A stretch of 32,000 nucleotides of DNA. It comes from an uncultured archaeon. GTDB lineage: Archaea > Asgardarchaeota > Thorarchaeia > Thorarchaeales > Thorarchaeaceae. The translations under genes and the position numbers were made by a program. The stretch is taken from the NCBI GenBank assembly GCA_964354495.1, contig CAYHAA010000003.1, positions 28,606 to 60,605 of the forward strand, written 5' to 3'. This document shows, piece by piece, positions 5,935 to 14,475 of this stretch (position 1 is the stretch's first letter; every line of letters starts with the position of its first letter). The notes beneath the pieces were generated by a model that was not told the origin of the DNA, did not search any database, and was given only the letters and a program-made list of their open reading frames with translations.

Positions 5935-8673
5935 TCAATCGAACCAGTTAGACCATTCTTTCTTGTCTAGCCAGTTTTCGACGATTCCCCTCAGCCAATT
6001 CTCCACTTCATTTCGCTTCCGTTCATCATTGGGGGGACAAATAGTCCCCCATCGGATAGCATCATCCTTTCTGGCAGTGCCCGCGAGATTTCTCACTGAT
6101 ACTCTATCTGATTTTGGATAGTACCTGACCATAGTGGTTGACAATGATATTCTAATGCCTAGGCTCTCAGCAATCTTCTTTTCATCCTCAACGAGATTAT
6201 TCGGCGAGTCATGGATTGCCGCAATAAGATGTTTAGCTGCGTCCGCCTTCATAGAATCCTCACTGAACTGAAGCTTTTCCAGCTTGCCATAGGCTAGACT
6301 GTATTGCGGAACGAGGCCCTCTGTTTGCGTTCCTTCATCAATGATTAGATTGATCTCTGGTGTAGAAACGATTGACCTGAAATCGTGCTTACCACCTTCG
6401 TTGCCATCGTACAGTGCATGATTTCTGTTCCATGAGAAGCCTTTGCTTGTCGAGAAGTTGCCATCCTCCGGGATTAGTTCCTCCAGATACGCTCGTCGCG
6501 CCTCCTCAGACCAGTTCACGAATCCCTTAGGCAGACCGGGATTCTGTATAGATTTGCTCCCCGGTGTCATCCCTTCATGAATCATCATAAGACCGATCTG
6601 ATTCTGTATATGGACCTCATAGACACCCTTTCGGAACGGCCCCTCAAGTGTGATATCGCCAAAGTTACGGAGTATCTCTTGGACCTTTGCTATGCGCTCA
6701 AGACTTGCCTGATTGTACATGGTGTTCCCGGACTCCCCAAGGTAGCTGTCGCTGACAATGATGGCCGCAAGCCGTGCCTTGAGAACCTCTAGTTGTTTCC
6801 CTGACGGAAAACGCGGGTTGTCTATCCCGGCCTGCCCATTGATACCAGTGACCTTGTTCACACGACCCTCGAGGTCAGACAACCTACCATCCGTGCTGTC
6901 AAGATAGAGCCGAATGACCTTCCCCTCCAGCCGGGTGCTCTTCCGCTCTATGGGATGCGCTCGTGCAGCCGCTCCATCCCCTTCATCTGTCAGCTGCCGG
7001 ATGACTTCATTCAAGTGCCTCAGCGACTGAGACTTATCGCCCTCAGCCCCGAGTCTCCTGCCAAGGTCTTCAATGAAATTGGTGTATTCAAAACGATTGT
7101 TGAAGTAGTAGAACTGGTCCTCGTACACATCGACCAATTCATCCGTTCTTGATTTCGGAATCCATGTATAGACCCGACCGTTGACTGCTGCAACCCGGAG
7201 AGAATCTTCACCAATGCCAAGTCTCTCTGAGAGTGATCTCTCCAGCTCGCTTCTCTCTGTTCGAATGAGCCGCTCAATCGTCGCCATCGTTTCGCTGTGG
7301 ACTGCTGGTCTGAAGTCCGCGTATCGTACTCTCTTCGTTTCATCCAGCACGGTTCGATTGATGCCTTCCAGGGCGGCTGCGATATCATCAACAGAGATGT
7401 CCTTCCCATCTCTCAGGTGTTCGACAGCCCTTCGAATGACCTGCGAATCGATTTCATGAACTCCAGTTCTGTCTTCAGAACGCTCAGGTCGTGTTTTGAT
7501 TTCTTTCACTCTAAATTCTCTAAGAGCATCCTCACTAATCTGAGGACCCGACTCGTACCATTCTCTGAGCATCTTCTCCTCCTCGTGATGCCGAAGGTGC
7601 TTGATCAGCGTGGGCTCGACGCCTTTCCGCCACTCGCCTGCAATCCCGTGCCCAACATTGTATTTCTTGGCTTGTTCATCTCTCTTCAGTGAGAAGTCGC
7701 CTTTAATCTCGAAGTATATTCCACAATGACGATATCTTTCATCAAAATCAGGACTGTTTCGTTCCTGCTGATGCTTCTCAAGTAGACTATCTACATCCTT
7801 CATTGACTCAATCTTGAGTTCAGGAGGACCACCGTGGATAGTTTCGTACATGCGCCGAATCTCACGGTTCTCTACCTCTTTCACAAGCGATGGTTTGACT
7901 GAATTCCTGTCATCTGCAGAGTCAAAGTAAGATTTGACATCTTCAATCTGCAACTGATACGATCTTTTGTATTCCAGCTCCGGATAATGCTCACAGGCCT
8001 CTTTGAACTCCTCCCTCGTTCGTATCTCCCCAAAACGAGGCTTACTCTCCCGTAGGTCGTCAACTGGCGCGTTGCCCTCTCGATGTTCTCCAGATTTCAC
8101 AGGGTGCTCTCTTGGCACATCAGCATCAGCCCTCGCCAGTCCCTCCGACAGGGTCTCTCTGTTCCATTCCTTCTGGTCCCGCTCTGATAGAACTGACCTC
8201 ACCCGACCATCATTCAGCTCCTGAATCCTAATAGGCACCTCTCGGGCTGGCTCCCTCTCCTCAAGACTCTCCTGGATGTAGACCTTGGTCTTCTCTGCAC
8301 TATCTATTGCTACTGGTGCACTACGGGTAATCTCAGAAACCTCCGGACCCGAGCCACCCTCAACCTTCGTCTTCTCCGGATGGTCATCCCTGATGGACTC
8401 CAGCGCCTCTCTCAGCCTGCTCTCAGTGGACTCTCTCCGTTGCTCCATCCGCCCGAGGTCCTCAAGAGCCGCCGCCAACTTCTGCGCGATCCGCTCCTCC
8501 CTGCTTTCCCGCTGAGCCAGGTCTTCCAGTGCCTCCCGAAGGCGACCTTCCACAGGAGTCCGTGACTCGCCCGCCTCGTCGATGCGGGTCTCCCCCAGAT
8601 CCTCGGCCCCTCGGGGCAGGTCGTCCCCCTCACCTCGTCGTCCGCGCCGCTCGACCGACCGCCCCGCCATCAC
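5935..8673 (-). CDS. Large hypothetical protein (912 aa) with acidic coiled N-terminus, HTH-like segment and C-terminal double LAGLIDADG-like endonuclease domain
   Basis: LAAIIVSDS and LEELIPEDG motifs ~97 aa apart, the second preceded by K....GLPKGF..WSEEARRAYL as in intein-type DOD endonucleases. N-terminal repeats RLREALEDL/KLAAALEDL/RLREALESI. No intein splice residues seen. Confidence 0.6.
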   Translation of the reverse strand: MMAGRSVERRGRRGEGDDLPRGAEDLGETRIDEAGESRTPVEGRLREALEDLAQRESREERIAQKLAAALEDLGRMEQRRESTESRLREALESIRDDHPEKTKVEGGSGPEVSEITRSAPVAIDSAEKTKVYIQESLEEREPAREVPIRIQELNDGRVRSVLSERDQKEWNRETLSEGLARADADVPREHPVKSGEHREGNAPVDDLRESKPRFGEIRTREEFKEACEHYPELEYKRSYQLQIEDVKSYFDSADDRNSVKPSLVKEVENREIRRMYETIHGGPPELKIESMKDVDSLLEKHQQERNSPDFDERYRHCGIYFEIKGDFSLKRDEQAKKYNVGHGIAGEWRKGVEPTLIKHLRHHEEEKMLREWYESGPQISEDALREFRVKEIKTRPERSEDRTGVHEIDSQVIRRAVEHLRDGKDISVDDIAAALEGINRTVLDETKRVRYADFRPAVHSETMATIERLIRTERSELERSLSERLGIGEDSLRVAAVNGRVYTWIPKSRTDELVDVYEDQFYYFNNRFEYTNFIEDLGRRLGAEGDKSQSLRHLNEVIRQLTDEGDGAAARAHPIERKSTRLEGKVIRLYLDSTDGRLSDLEGRVNKVTGINGQAGIDNPRFPSGKQLEVLKARLAAIIVSDSYLGESGNTMYNQASLERIAKVQEILRNFGDITLEGPFRKGVYEVHIQNQIGLMMIHEGMTPGSKSIQNPGLPKGFVNWSEEARRAYLEELIPEDGNFSTSKGFSWNRNHALYDGNEGGKHDFRSIVSTPEINLIIDEGTQTEGLVPQYSLAYGKLEKLQFSEDSMKADAAKHLIAAIHDSPNNLVEDEKKIAESLGIRISLSTTMVRYYPKSDRVSVRNLAGTARKDDAIRWGTICPPNDERKRNEVENWLRGIVENWLDKKEWSNWFD

Positions 8674-8680
8674 GCACCCC

Positions 8681-11506
8681 TCACACGCTCACGCCCCGGA
8701 TGGCAACCAGTATCTCCGCCAGCACAGCGGTCTCCTTTGGCTCATGCAGGGCTCCGGCAGCGTGGAGCAGCAGCCGCTCGGCGAAGGACACCAGCTCCGA
8801 CCTCTCTGAACAGAACTGCTCAGCGACCGCCTTCAGCATCTGTGCCACCGGGACAACGTTGCCCGTACAGGCGGTCCGCACCCGTGGGAGGTACGCGTCA
8901 GTGAACATGGGCGACCTGACGATGTCGGAGATGTCGGTCTCCGGCTCCGCGGCGAGCGCTATCGCCCGGGGCGCCATGACAGGGGGTAGCATCGGCGACA
9001 CAGGCGGGGCGGTGACGGCGGAAGGAGGGCGGACACCCCTGAGGAGGTCCCTGAGCTCCGGCGGGAGCGGGTGGCTCTCCCTGAGCTCCGGGTGGGCGTC
9101 GAACTCCCTCTTCATCGCATCCCTGACCACGGTGTCGGTCCACTCGCGCCGGGGCAGGGGACTCTTGAGCAGGTGCTGGAGGGGCTCCACCTGGATGTTG
9201 CCAGGGACCCTCTGGACCTTGAACCGGACGACCGCTTCTCCCACGCTCATGCCGCCGATGTGTTCGACCTGGGCGTCCGTGCACAGGGCCTGCCTGCCGA
9301 CGAGCTGGCGCTCCTCAAGGTCGGTCAGGGTGTGGATGATCACATTGGCGGGGAGCTTGACGACCTCAGGGATGAGCATGCCCGGGAGCTGGTCGTTGAT
9401 GAGGATGGAGAGCCCTGTCCCCCGCAGGGTCCGGAGCATCTCGACCAGGTTGTCCTTCGCCTTCTGCGGGGAGGTGGGCTCGGCATACCCGGCAACGGCG
9501 GTCGCTCGCTTGAGCAGGTGGTGCGCCTCCTCGAGGACCAGCAGGTGGCTCACCTCCTTCCTCGGGTTCGCAACGAGGTACTCGCTGATGCCAGTGGTGA
9601 GGGCGCCCATGAGCAGGGCCCGGTCCTCGGGGGAGAGGTCACGGGTCTCGATGATGGTGGGGCGGGAGAGCAGCTCGGGGATGGTGAGCCCCTTAGGCGT
9701 GTTGAGCATGTCCACGAGGATGTCGTTCCGGAACATGCTCCGGAGACGCGCCTCAAGGGCACCGTAGAAGTCCTGGCTCATCTCCGCTCCGTAGGAGATG
9801 TGCGCGGTCGCCACCTCCTGGAACGCCTCGTAGAGGTCGACGAGCAGAATGGGGCGACCCCTGACATTGCCCATCCGTGTCCAGCCACAGGCGGTGTACA
9901 TGGTGTTGAAGATGTCATCAAAGTGCATGGAGAGGACCCCATCGTTCGGGAGCGTGGCAGCATAGACGTCGGCCATCCTGTCGATGTACTTTCCAACCGG
10001 GACGTTCGGGGGGACATCCCACATGTTGTACCGAAGAGGAGCGACATCGGGATTCCCTGCGGTGAAGATGCGGAACTCGGGAAAGACATCCTTGAGGACC
10101 CGCCAGTCACTGACATTTCCGGGGGTGATGATGACAGGGATGACGCCGTTCCGATAGGCCTGAGCTGCGATGTTCACGCAGGTGGTAGTCTTGCCAGAAC
10201 CAGTGTTCCCGTAGACCCCGATATGTGACTCAAGCAGCTTCCGGGTGAGACCGTAGGGCTGGTGCCTCTGGGGAGCGCCGTTTCGGATCGCATACCCGAG
10301 GAGGATGAGCTCCTTCACAGGCAATCGCCAGATGGTGCCCGACTCCTGTGGCGTAGATGGACTGTTGTGATGCCTGAGAACTTGATGGGACTGTGCATAC
10401 TCGACCATGGTCGTGGATTTGGGGGGCTCCTCTGCAGGCGTCACAGTCGCGGGAATGTCAACACTTGAGACCGCGAACTCCTCTCGCCGAGAGACCCTGA
10501 TGCCAAGGTCGCAACGCGGCAACCCGAAGAAAGTGACAGCCTCATCGGGGGTGAGGATGGTATGGTTTCCGAAGGGTAGACCCGCCAGCGCTCTCTCAAA
10601 GTCCTTCTTGCTCTTCTTGACCATGATCCTCATGTCCTCCTCCCTGTCAGCCGGGGTGATGCTGCTCAGAAGGATGGACATCACGCGCTTCGCCTGTTGC
10701 TCTGCCACCCTCTTGTCCTGATGCCAGTGGGTCGCACTGACCACGACCTTGCCCAGATAGCGACTGCTCATGCGTTTGATCTGCCTGTTGAGCCGCTCAG
10801 CCTCCCGAGAGGAACGCGCGCTCACTCTGGTGGTGGACTGCTGGGAGTCATGAGAGAAGAGGCTGGGTGACGACACGACCTGCTGGGACCGGGACACTGC
10901 CATCTCGTATGCATGTTCAAGACTCCTGACCTTTCGCCCACTGGAACTCTCAGGGGTGACAAAGACCTGAAAGAGGACATCGTCGAGACCCTGAATGACT
11001 TCGCCCACAGCATCGAGGGGATCCACACGCGATGGGAGGGAGGCGTTCTCATCCTCAACAAGGGGTTCGCCAGTCAGGCATGCCGAGACTCCCTCTCGTC
11101 CGGGATCTATCTGCAGACCCGAGAATGCGGAGCAGGCGCCCATCTTGAACTTTGGCAGGTGTGCACTCACCGTGGTGCTGAGCGAGGTGAGCCTGTGATA
11201 CAGACCGTCGGCATTTCGGTCCCATGTCAGAAAGAAGACCCGTGTCTTACCATGAGCACGTTCTAGTCGAAGACCCACTGGATGCTCTCCAAGGACCATC
11301 GCCCGAAGAATACCTCGGAAGGCAGACCTATGGGTGAAGTCCCTCTTGCCGACCTCAGACCGGGAGAGATAGTCCTCGGGTATCTCAAGCACCTCAATGG
11401 CTCCGACCGCGAGCGGACCTAGTAATGACTCAAACAATACTGGCACCTGTAGACTACTGCGCATAGAAGGTACCAAAACCCTTGGACGAGAGTAGAACTC
11501 CGTCAT
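8681..11506 (-). CDS. FtsK/HerA/VirB4-superfamily ATPase (DUF87-like) with a long N-terminal domain
   Basis: HIGVYGNTGSGKTT (Walker A), HLLVLEEAHHLL (Walker B), LRTLRGTGLSILINDQLP motif. Stop lies 7 nt before the next start, with GAGGGGTG between them. Confidence 0.85.
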   Translation of the reverse strand: MTEFYSRPRVLVPSMRSSLQVPVLFESLLGPLAVGAIEVLEIPEDYLSRSEVGKRDFTHRSAFRGILRAMVLGEHPVGLRLERAHGKTRVFFLTWDRNADGLYHRLTSLSTTVSAHLPKFKMGACSAFSGLQIDPGREGVSACLTGEPLVEDENASLPSRVDPLDAVGEVIQGLDDVLFQVFVTPESSSGRKVRSLEHAYEMAVSRSQQVVSSPSLFSHDSQQSTTRVSARSSREAERLNRQIKRMSSRYLGKVVVSATHWHQDKRVAEQQAKRVMSILLSSITPADREEDMRIMVKKSKKDFERALAGLPFGNHTILTPDEAVTFFGLPRCDLGIRVSRREEFAVSSVDIPATVTPAEEPPKSTTMVEYAQSHQVLRHHNSPSTPQESGTIWRLPVKELILLGYAIRNGAPQRHQPYGLTRKLLESHIGVYGNTGSGKTTTCVNIAAQAYRNGVIPVIITPGNVSDWRVLKDVFPEFRIFTAGNPDVAPLRYNMWDVPPNVPVGKYIDRMADVYAATLPNDGVLSMHFDDIFNTMYTACGWTRMGNVRGRPILLVDLYEAFQEVATAHISYGAEMSQDFYGALEARLRSMFRNDILVDMLNTPKGLTIPELLSRPTIIETRDLSPEDRALLMGALTTGISEYLVANPRKEVSHLLVLEEAHHLLKRATAVAGYAEPTSPQKAKDNLVEMLRTLRGTGLSILINDQLPGMLIPEVVKLPANVIIHTLTDLEERQLVGRQALCTDAQVEHIGGMSVGEAVVRFKVQRVPGNIQVEPLQHLLKSPLPRREWTDTVVRDAMKREFDAHPELRESHPLPPELRDLLRGVRPPSAVTAPPVSPMLPPVMAPRAIALAAEPETDISDIVRSPMFTDAYLPRVRTACTGNVVPVAQMLKAVAEQFCSERSELVSFAERLLLHAAGALHEPKETAVLAEILVAIRGVSV

Positions 11507-11680
11507 CGTTCCGTAGAAGACGAAGAAAAAGACAATGAGGGTCTGGGGCTGCCTAAATTGGCCTCTTGATTCTCAAGATGTCGTTTACGGGCACCATAGA
11601 AGATTTCATGGGGTCACGGAGGCTCATACTGCAAAATCCAATCAGTATCTTATGGCAAAACGAGACTCAGCGGGAAGGGA

Positions 11681-11896
11681 GTGCTGATGATTGCCACTCT
11701 TGCAGACCTGTTGATCTTGGACGTGCTCATTGTCGGCACGATGACTCCCTCATGGGTCATCATCCCCGGCACTGAGGACATGAAGGACACCGCCTACAAA
11801 GACTTCAGGAAAATGCACGCCATAGGACATATCTATGGTACTGTCGGTATGGCTGTGCTGAGTCTGATCATTGCCTCTGTTGCTGTATTCATCTAG
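11681..11896 (+). pseudogene. C-terminal fragment of a small membrane protein
   Basis: DLLILDVLIVGTMTPSWVIIPGTE....AYKDF..H resembles the C-terminal half of an uncharacterised membrane protein family (recognised from memory). The upstream frame is closed and shows no matching N-terminus. Confidence 0.45.
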
Positions 11897-12015
11897 GAAG
11901 AGGAGGACACGACGCTACCGTTGCGCCCAACCGCAGTCGGTTTTTGGATCATGCTTGCTCGATTGGTGTTGTCTAATAGGAAGTCCGGGTGCCAAATAGA
12001 ATGGGATGTGATTAC

Positions 12016-12492
12016 ATGGCGGAGACCAAGGTGACAGTCGAGGTCATCAACATTCTCGGAAACGGCAAGTGCTCGATAGGACAGAAGGTGGGTGATGTGT
12101 ACCGATATCCCGAGGATTTAGGGAAGATGTGCCCACACGCGTTCTATATTCTGTATCCTTGGATTATGGTCATGCAGTCTGGTGGCAGTTTTGAAACATC
12201 TGGCGATGGCCACGACTACATGACTGTTGGGTATACAACAGTTACAGGAATCTTAGACAGAGTTGGACATGTTTCGCTGGGACTTTATATGCTCGTGGGA
12301 CAGATAGTGATGTGAGGTTGACTAGACACAGATTCTGACCTCACAGAGTCGTTCCCAGTGCCGTTTCTGGGAGGGCAGCACTCTGGTGTCCAAGATTGTC
12401 CAACTAACAATGAACGGTGCAGTGATTACACACACCAAGTTGTGTACAGGATTTCACGCAAGAGCGTAGGAAACAGGGAGACTCGGCCGTAG
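12016..12492 (+). pseudogene. TIGR04076-like small Cys protein interrupted by a 186-bp insertion
   Basis: The 5' part MAETKVTVEV...GKCSIGQKVGD...MCPHAFYILYPW...YMTVG joins in frame to CSDYTHQVVYRISRK...* (12418-12492) when 186 bp are removed, giving 96 aa. Confidence 0.8.
12233..12418. mobile_element. MITE-like 186-bp insertion (boundaries slide over a GGT direct repeat)
   Basis: GGT at 12230-12232 and 12416-12418. Imperfect subterminal inverted repeats AATCTTAGACA (12249-12259) / TGTCCAAGATT (12387-12397) and AGTTGGACA (12261-12269) / TGTCCAACT (12397-12405). Internal hairpins GTGAGGT/ACCTCAC and CAGAGT..TTCCCAG/CTGGGAG..ACTCTG. No transposase. Confidence 0.65.
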
Positions 12493-12619
12493 AGTATGCA
12501 TCCTACGCTCTCTGCATCCGATTATGAGGATGACACAAAGAAGATAGTCTACTTAGAACGAACCCTGCTACTCCTCTGGACCCAATCTCACGAAACTATA
12601 ATACTTCTTCAGGTTCTAA

Positions 12620-13279
12620 TTGATAGGCAGGGACAGTAGCGTGAAAGTTGAAGTCGATGTATCTGAGTTAGAGTGGGGAAACTCCTACAAGGATGAGAAG
12701 TGCAGAGAGGTGGAGGGAATCCTTCAGGGAAGTCCACAATATGCAGAATGCGAGGTGAAACGCGCCCGCTATGAGGATAATCAGAGTGAAGACCCGTTCT
12801 ATGTGCTGGATGAGAAGGAGGAGGAGATTCTCATGCTCGAAAGATGGGAGGTGTACGCATTGAGCGGTTCCGAATTCCTATCCTACATCGGCGTCCAGAG
12901 GTGGCGGAGTCAGACATCGTTTAGGATGTTCTTTGCCTATGGTCCGCTTCTTCTTCCTGGCTTATTCGCGACAGGTTGCGCATTAGTTGCACCCTTCTTT
13001 CTATATATGGGTGAATATGAGTCGTTTTCATTCTCGATAGATTGGGCTGTGCGGAGCACCGCCATCTTGTTGTTTACGGGGCCACTCGCCTACCTGCTAT
13101 ACCGACACACAGAGTCGCGGAAGAAGAACATGGATCTGAGAACCGTAGAGAAGGACCCCTCATTTCTCAATGCGCTCCGGAGAGTCGCTGAGGCAGCCGA
13201 GGCTGACAGATACAGGAGAAAGGAGTTTGCTAAGAGGGTGAAGCATCTTGAAGATGCAGTGGCAGGTATCAATTCATGA
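12620..13279 (+). CDS. Hypothetical membrane protein (two predicted TM helices)
   Basis: 219-aa ORF with hydrophobic stretches FFAYGPLLLPGLFATGCALVAPFFLY and TAILLFTGPLAYLLY. Its 3' end is conserved in a paralogous remnant at 14237-14365. Confidence 0.7.
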   Translation: MIGRDSSVKVEVDVSELEWGNSYKDEKCREVEGILQGSPQYAECEVKRARYEDNQSEDPFYVLDEKEEEILMLERWEVYALSGSEFLSYIGVQRWRSQTSFRMFFAYGPLLLPGLFATGCALVAPFFLYMGEYESFSFSIDWAVRSTAILLFTGPLAYLLYRHTESRKKNMDLRTVEKDPSFLNALRRVAEAAEADRYRRKEFAKRVKHLEDAVAGINS

Positions 13280-13372
13280 GAGAGACGACTCTACAGATGC
13301 ACCATCTCTCCGCGCGTTATCTCTTATCTTCTTCAGACTTCTTTCTGAGGCCTGCTGGATACCAAAGTAGCT
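13151..13372. repeat. Imperfect direct repeat, copy A (tail-to-tail junction of two convergent genes)
   Basis: Aligns with 14237-14461 at an offset of 1086 bp; 65/74 identity over 13203-13276 vs 14289-14362. Confidence 0.88.
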
Positions 13373-14176
13373 TGCCTCAAAGACCTGAAAGCCACTGCCT
13401 GAATCGAATTCAAGCCCAGCCTTGGTCTATTCTAATATATCTACCAGTGGTTGCAGGCTGGGATCAGGATTTCTGCAGATGTAGGTCATGTTCATGCTGG
13501 AATCGAGAGGATCATGCTCAACGACCTTATCATCAAGATTCTTGATTCTCTGGCAGATGCCGATGACATAGTGCGGTTCTAGACCAAGTCTTTCTGCTAC
13601 CAGAGTCAAGTCAGTCCTGTGACGCTTCCTGACAATGTCCCTAACGAGTTGTTCCCAACGCGTCTTGAAGGACAATCGAAGACTTGACAATGCAACGAAA
13701 TCAAGTAGCCAAGTATTCGCGGGTTGCCCGATGGGGGTCTTTTCGCCATCTCGTTTTCCGTTCAGAGTAGGCAGCCGTACCTTTCGGGAGGCTCTAATCC
13801 CTGCCACGAATCCACCTGTTCCGGACATTTTGGCATACCAATCCGGGTCCCGAATTTGATGTGCACTGCTATCTATACCTAGGTAACCCTCGTCCTTCCA
13901 GAATGGTACTGAGAACTCGGCATCTTCCTTCCACCGTTCCCACTTGATATAGCGAGATTCGTCCAGATTTCGCATTCTCTCACGTGCTGTATCCGCATCG
14001 GATGCAAGTGATCCGTTTGATAGTCCGACAAGCAATCGCTCAACAATACCTTCCTTTCCTGACAGAAGCTCTTCCTCTGCCTTCTTCAGAGCACTCTCTG
14101 CTCTTCTAATGACATCAGGATAACCCATAGAGATCACCATCAACTCCATCCAAGTGATACGTATCCGGCTGACCAC
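13274..14176 (-). pseudogene. Hypothetical protein with an internal in-frame TAG (13427-13429); possible winged-helix/PCI-like segment
   Basis: The 249-aa ORF continues in frame after TAG for 50 codons (TKAGLEFDSGSGFQVFEASYFGIQQASERSLKKIRDNARRDGASVESSLS*). The extension is conserved, with synonymous changes, in repeat copy B. Confidence 0.6.
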
Positions 14177-14236
14177 ATAAGATTGGTGTTACTTCTCTAA
14201 GACAGGAATAATCACAAAGCAGAGGTCTATCCAAGA

Positions 14237-14461
14237 AATGAACGCTCATTTCTTGACATGTTACAGAAACTCACTGATGCACCCGAAACTGACAGATACA
14301 GGAGAAAGGAGCTTGCGAAGAGGGTAAAGAATCTTGAAGATGCATTAGCAGGTAATGATTCATAAGAAGACACGACGTTACGGATGCATCCCTCTCTCTG
14401 CGCGTAGTTTCTTATCTTCTTATTACTTCTTTCTGAATCTCTGCCTAATATTGAAGTAGCT
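14237..14461. repeat. Imperfect direct repeat, copy B (remnant 3' ends of two paralogous genes)
   Basis: The plus frame reads NERSFLDMLQKLTDAPETDRYRRKELAKRVKNLEDALAGNDS* (paralog of the 12620-13279 C-terminus). The minus strand reads SYFNIRQ-(frameshift)-SERSNKKIRNYAQREG. Confidence 0.85.
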
Positions 14462-14475
14462 AGGTGTTGCGGCGT

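Noticed and set aside
5935-8673. Intein within the 912-aa protein
   Set aside because: The LAGLIDADG-like motifs are not flanked by intein splicing blocks (no N-terminal C/S block, no His-Asn followed by C/S/T).
8529-10228. Long plus-strand ORFs of 412 aa and 385 aa
   Set aside because: Antisense shadows of the ATPase gene in a GC-rich stretch; no recognisable motifs.
12233-12418. Group II intron remnant or IscB/TnpB omega-RNA
   Set aside because: No GUGYG 5' end or domain V. GGTTGACTAGAC only loosely recalls HEARO-type RNAs and its pairing partner GTCAAC is absent.
13427-13429. Genome-wide TAG reassignment
   Set aside because: TAG ends several full-length conserved genes here (90-92, 2157-2159, 4775-4777, 30382-30384), so at most local read-through is possible.
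5892-14475. Integrative element inserted in tRNA-Asn with attL/attR
   Set aside because: I found no second copy of the tRNA 3' end (CCCTCCCGATGGCGCCA) and no integrase/recombinase ORF in the window. The region is accessory, but site-specific integration is unsupported.
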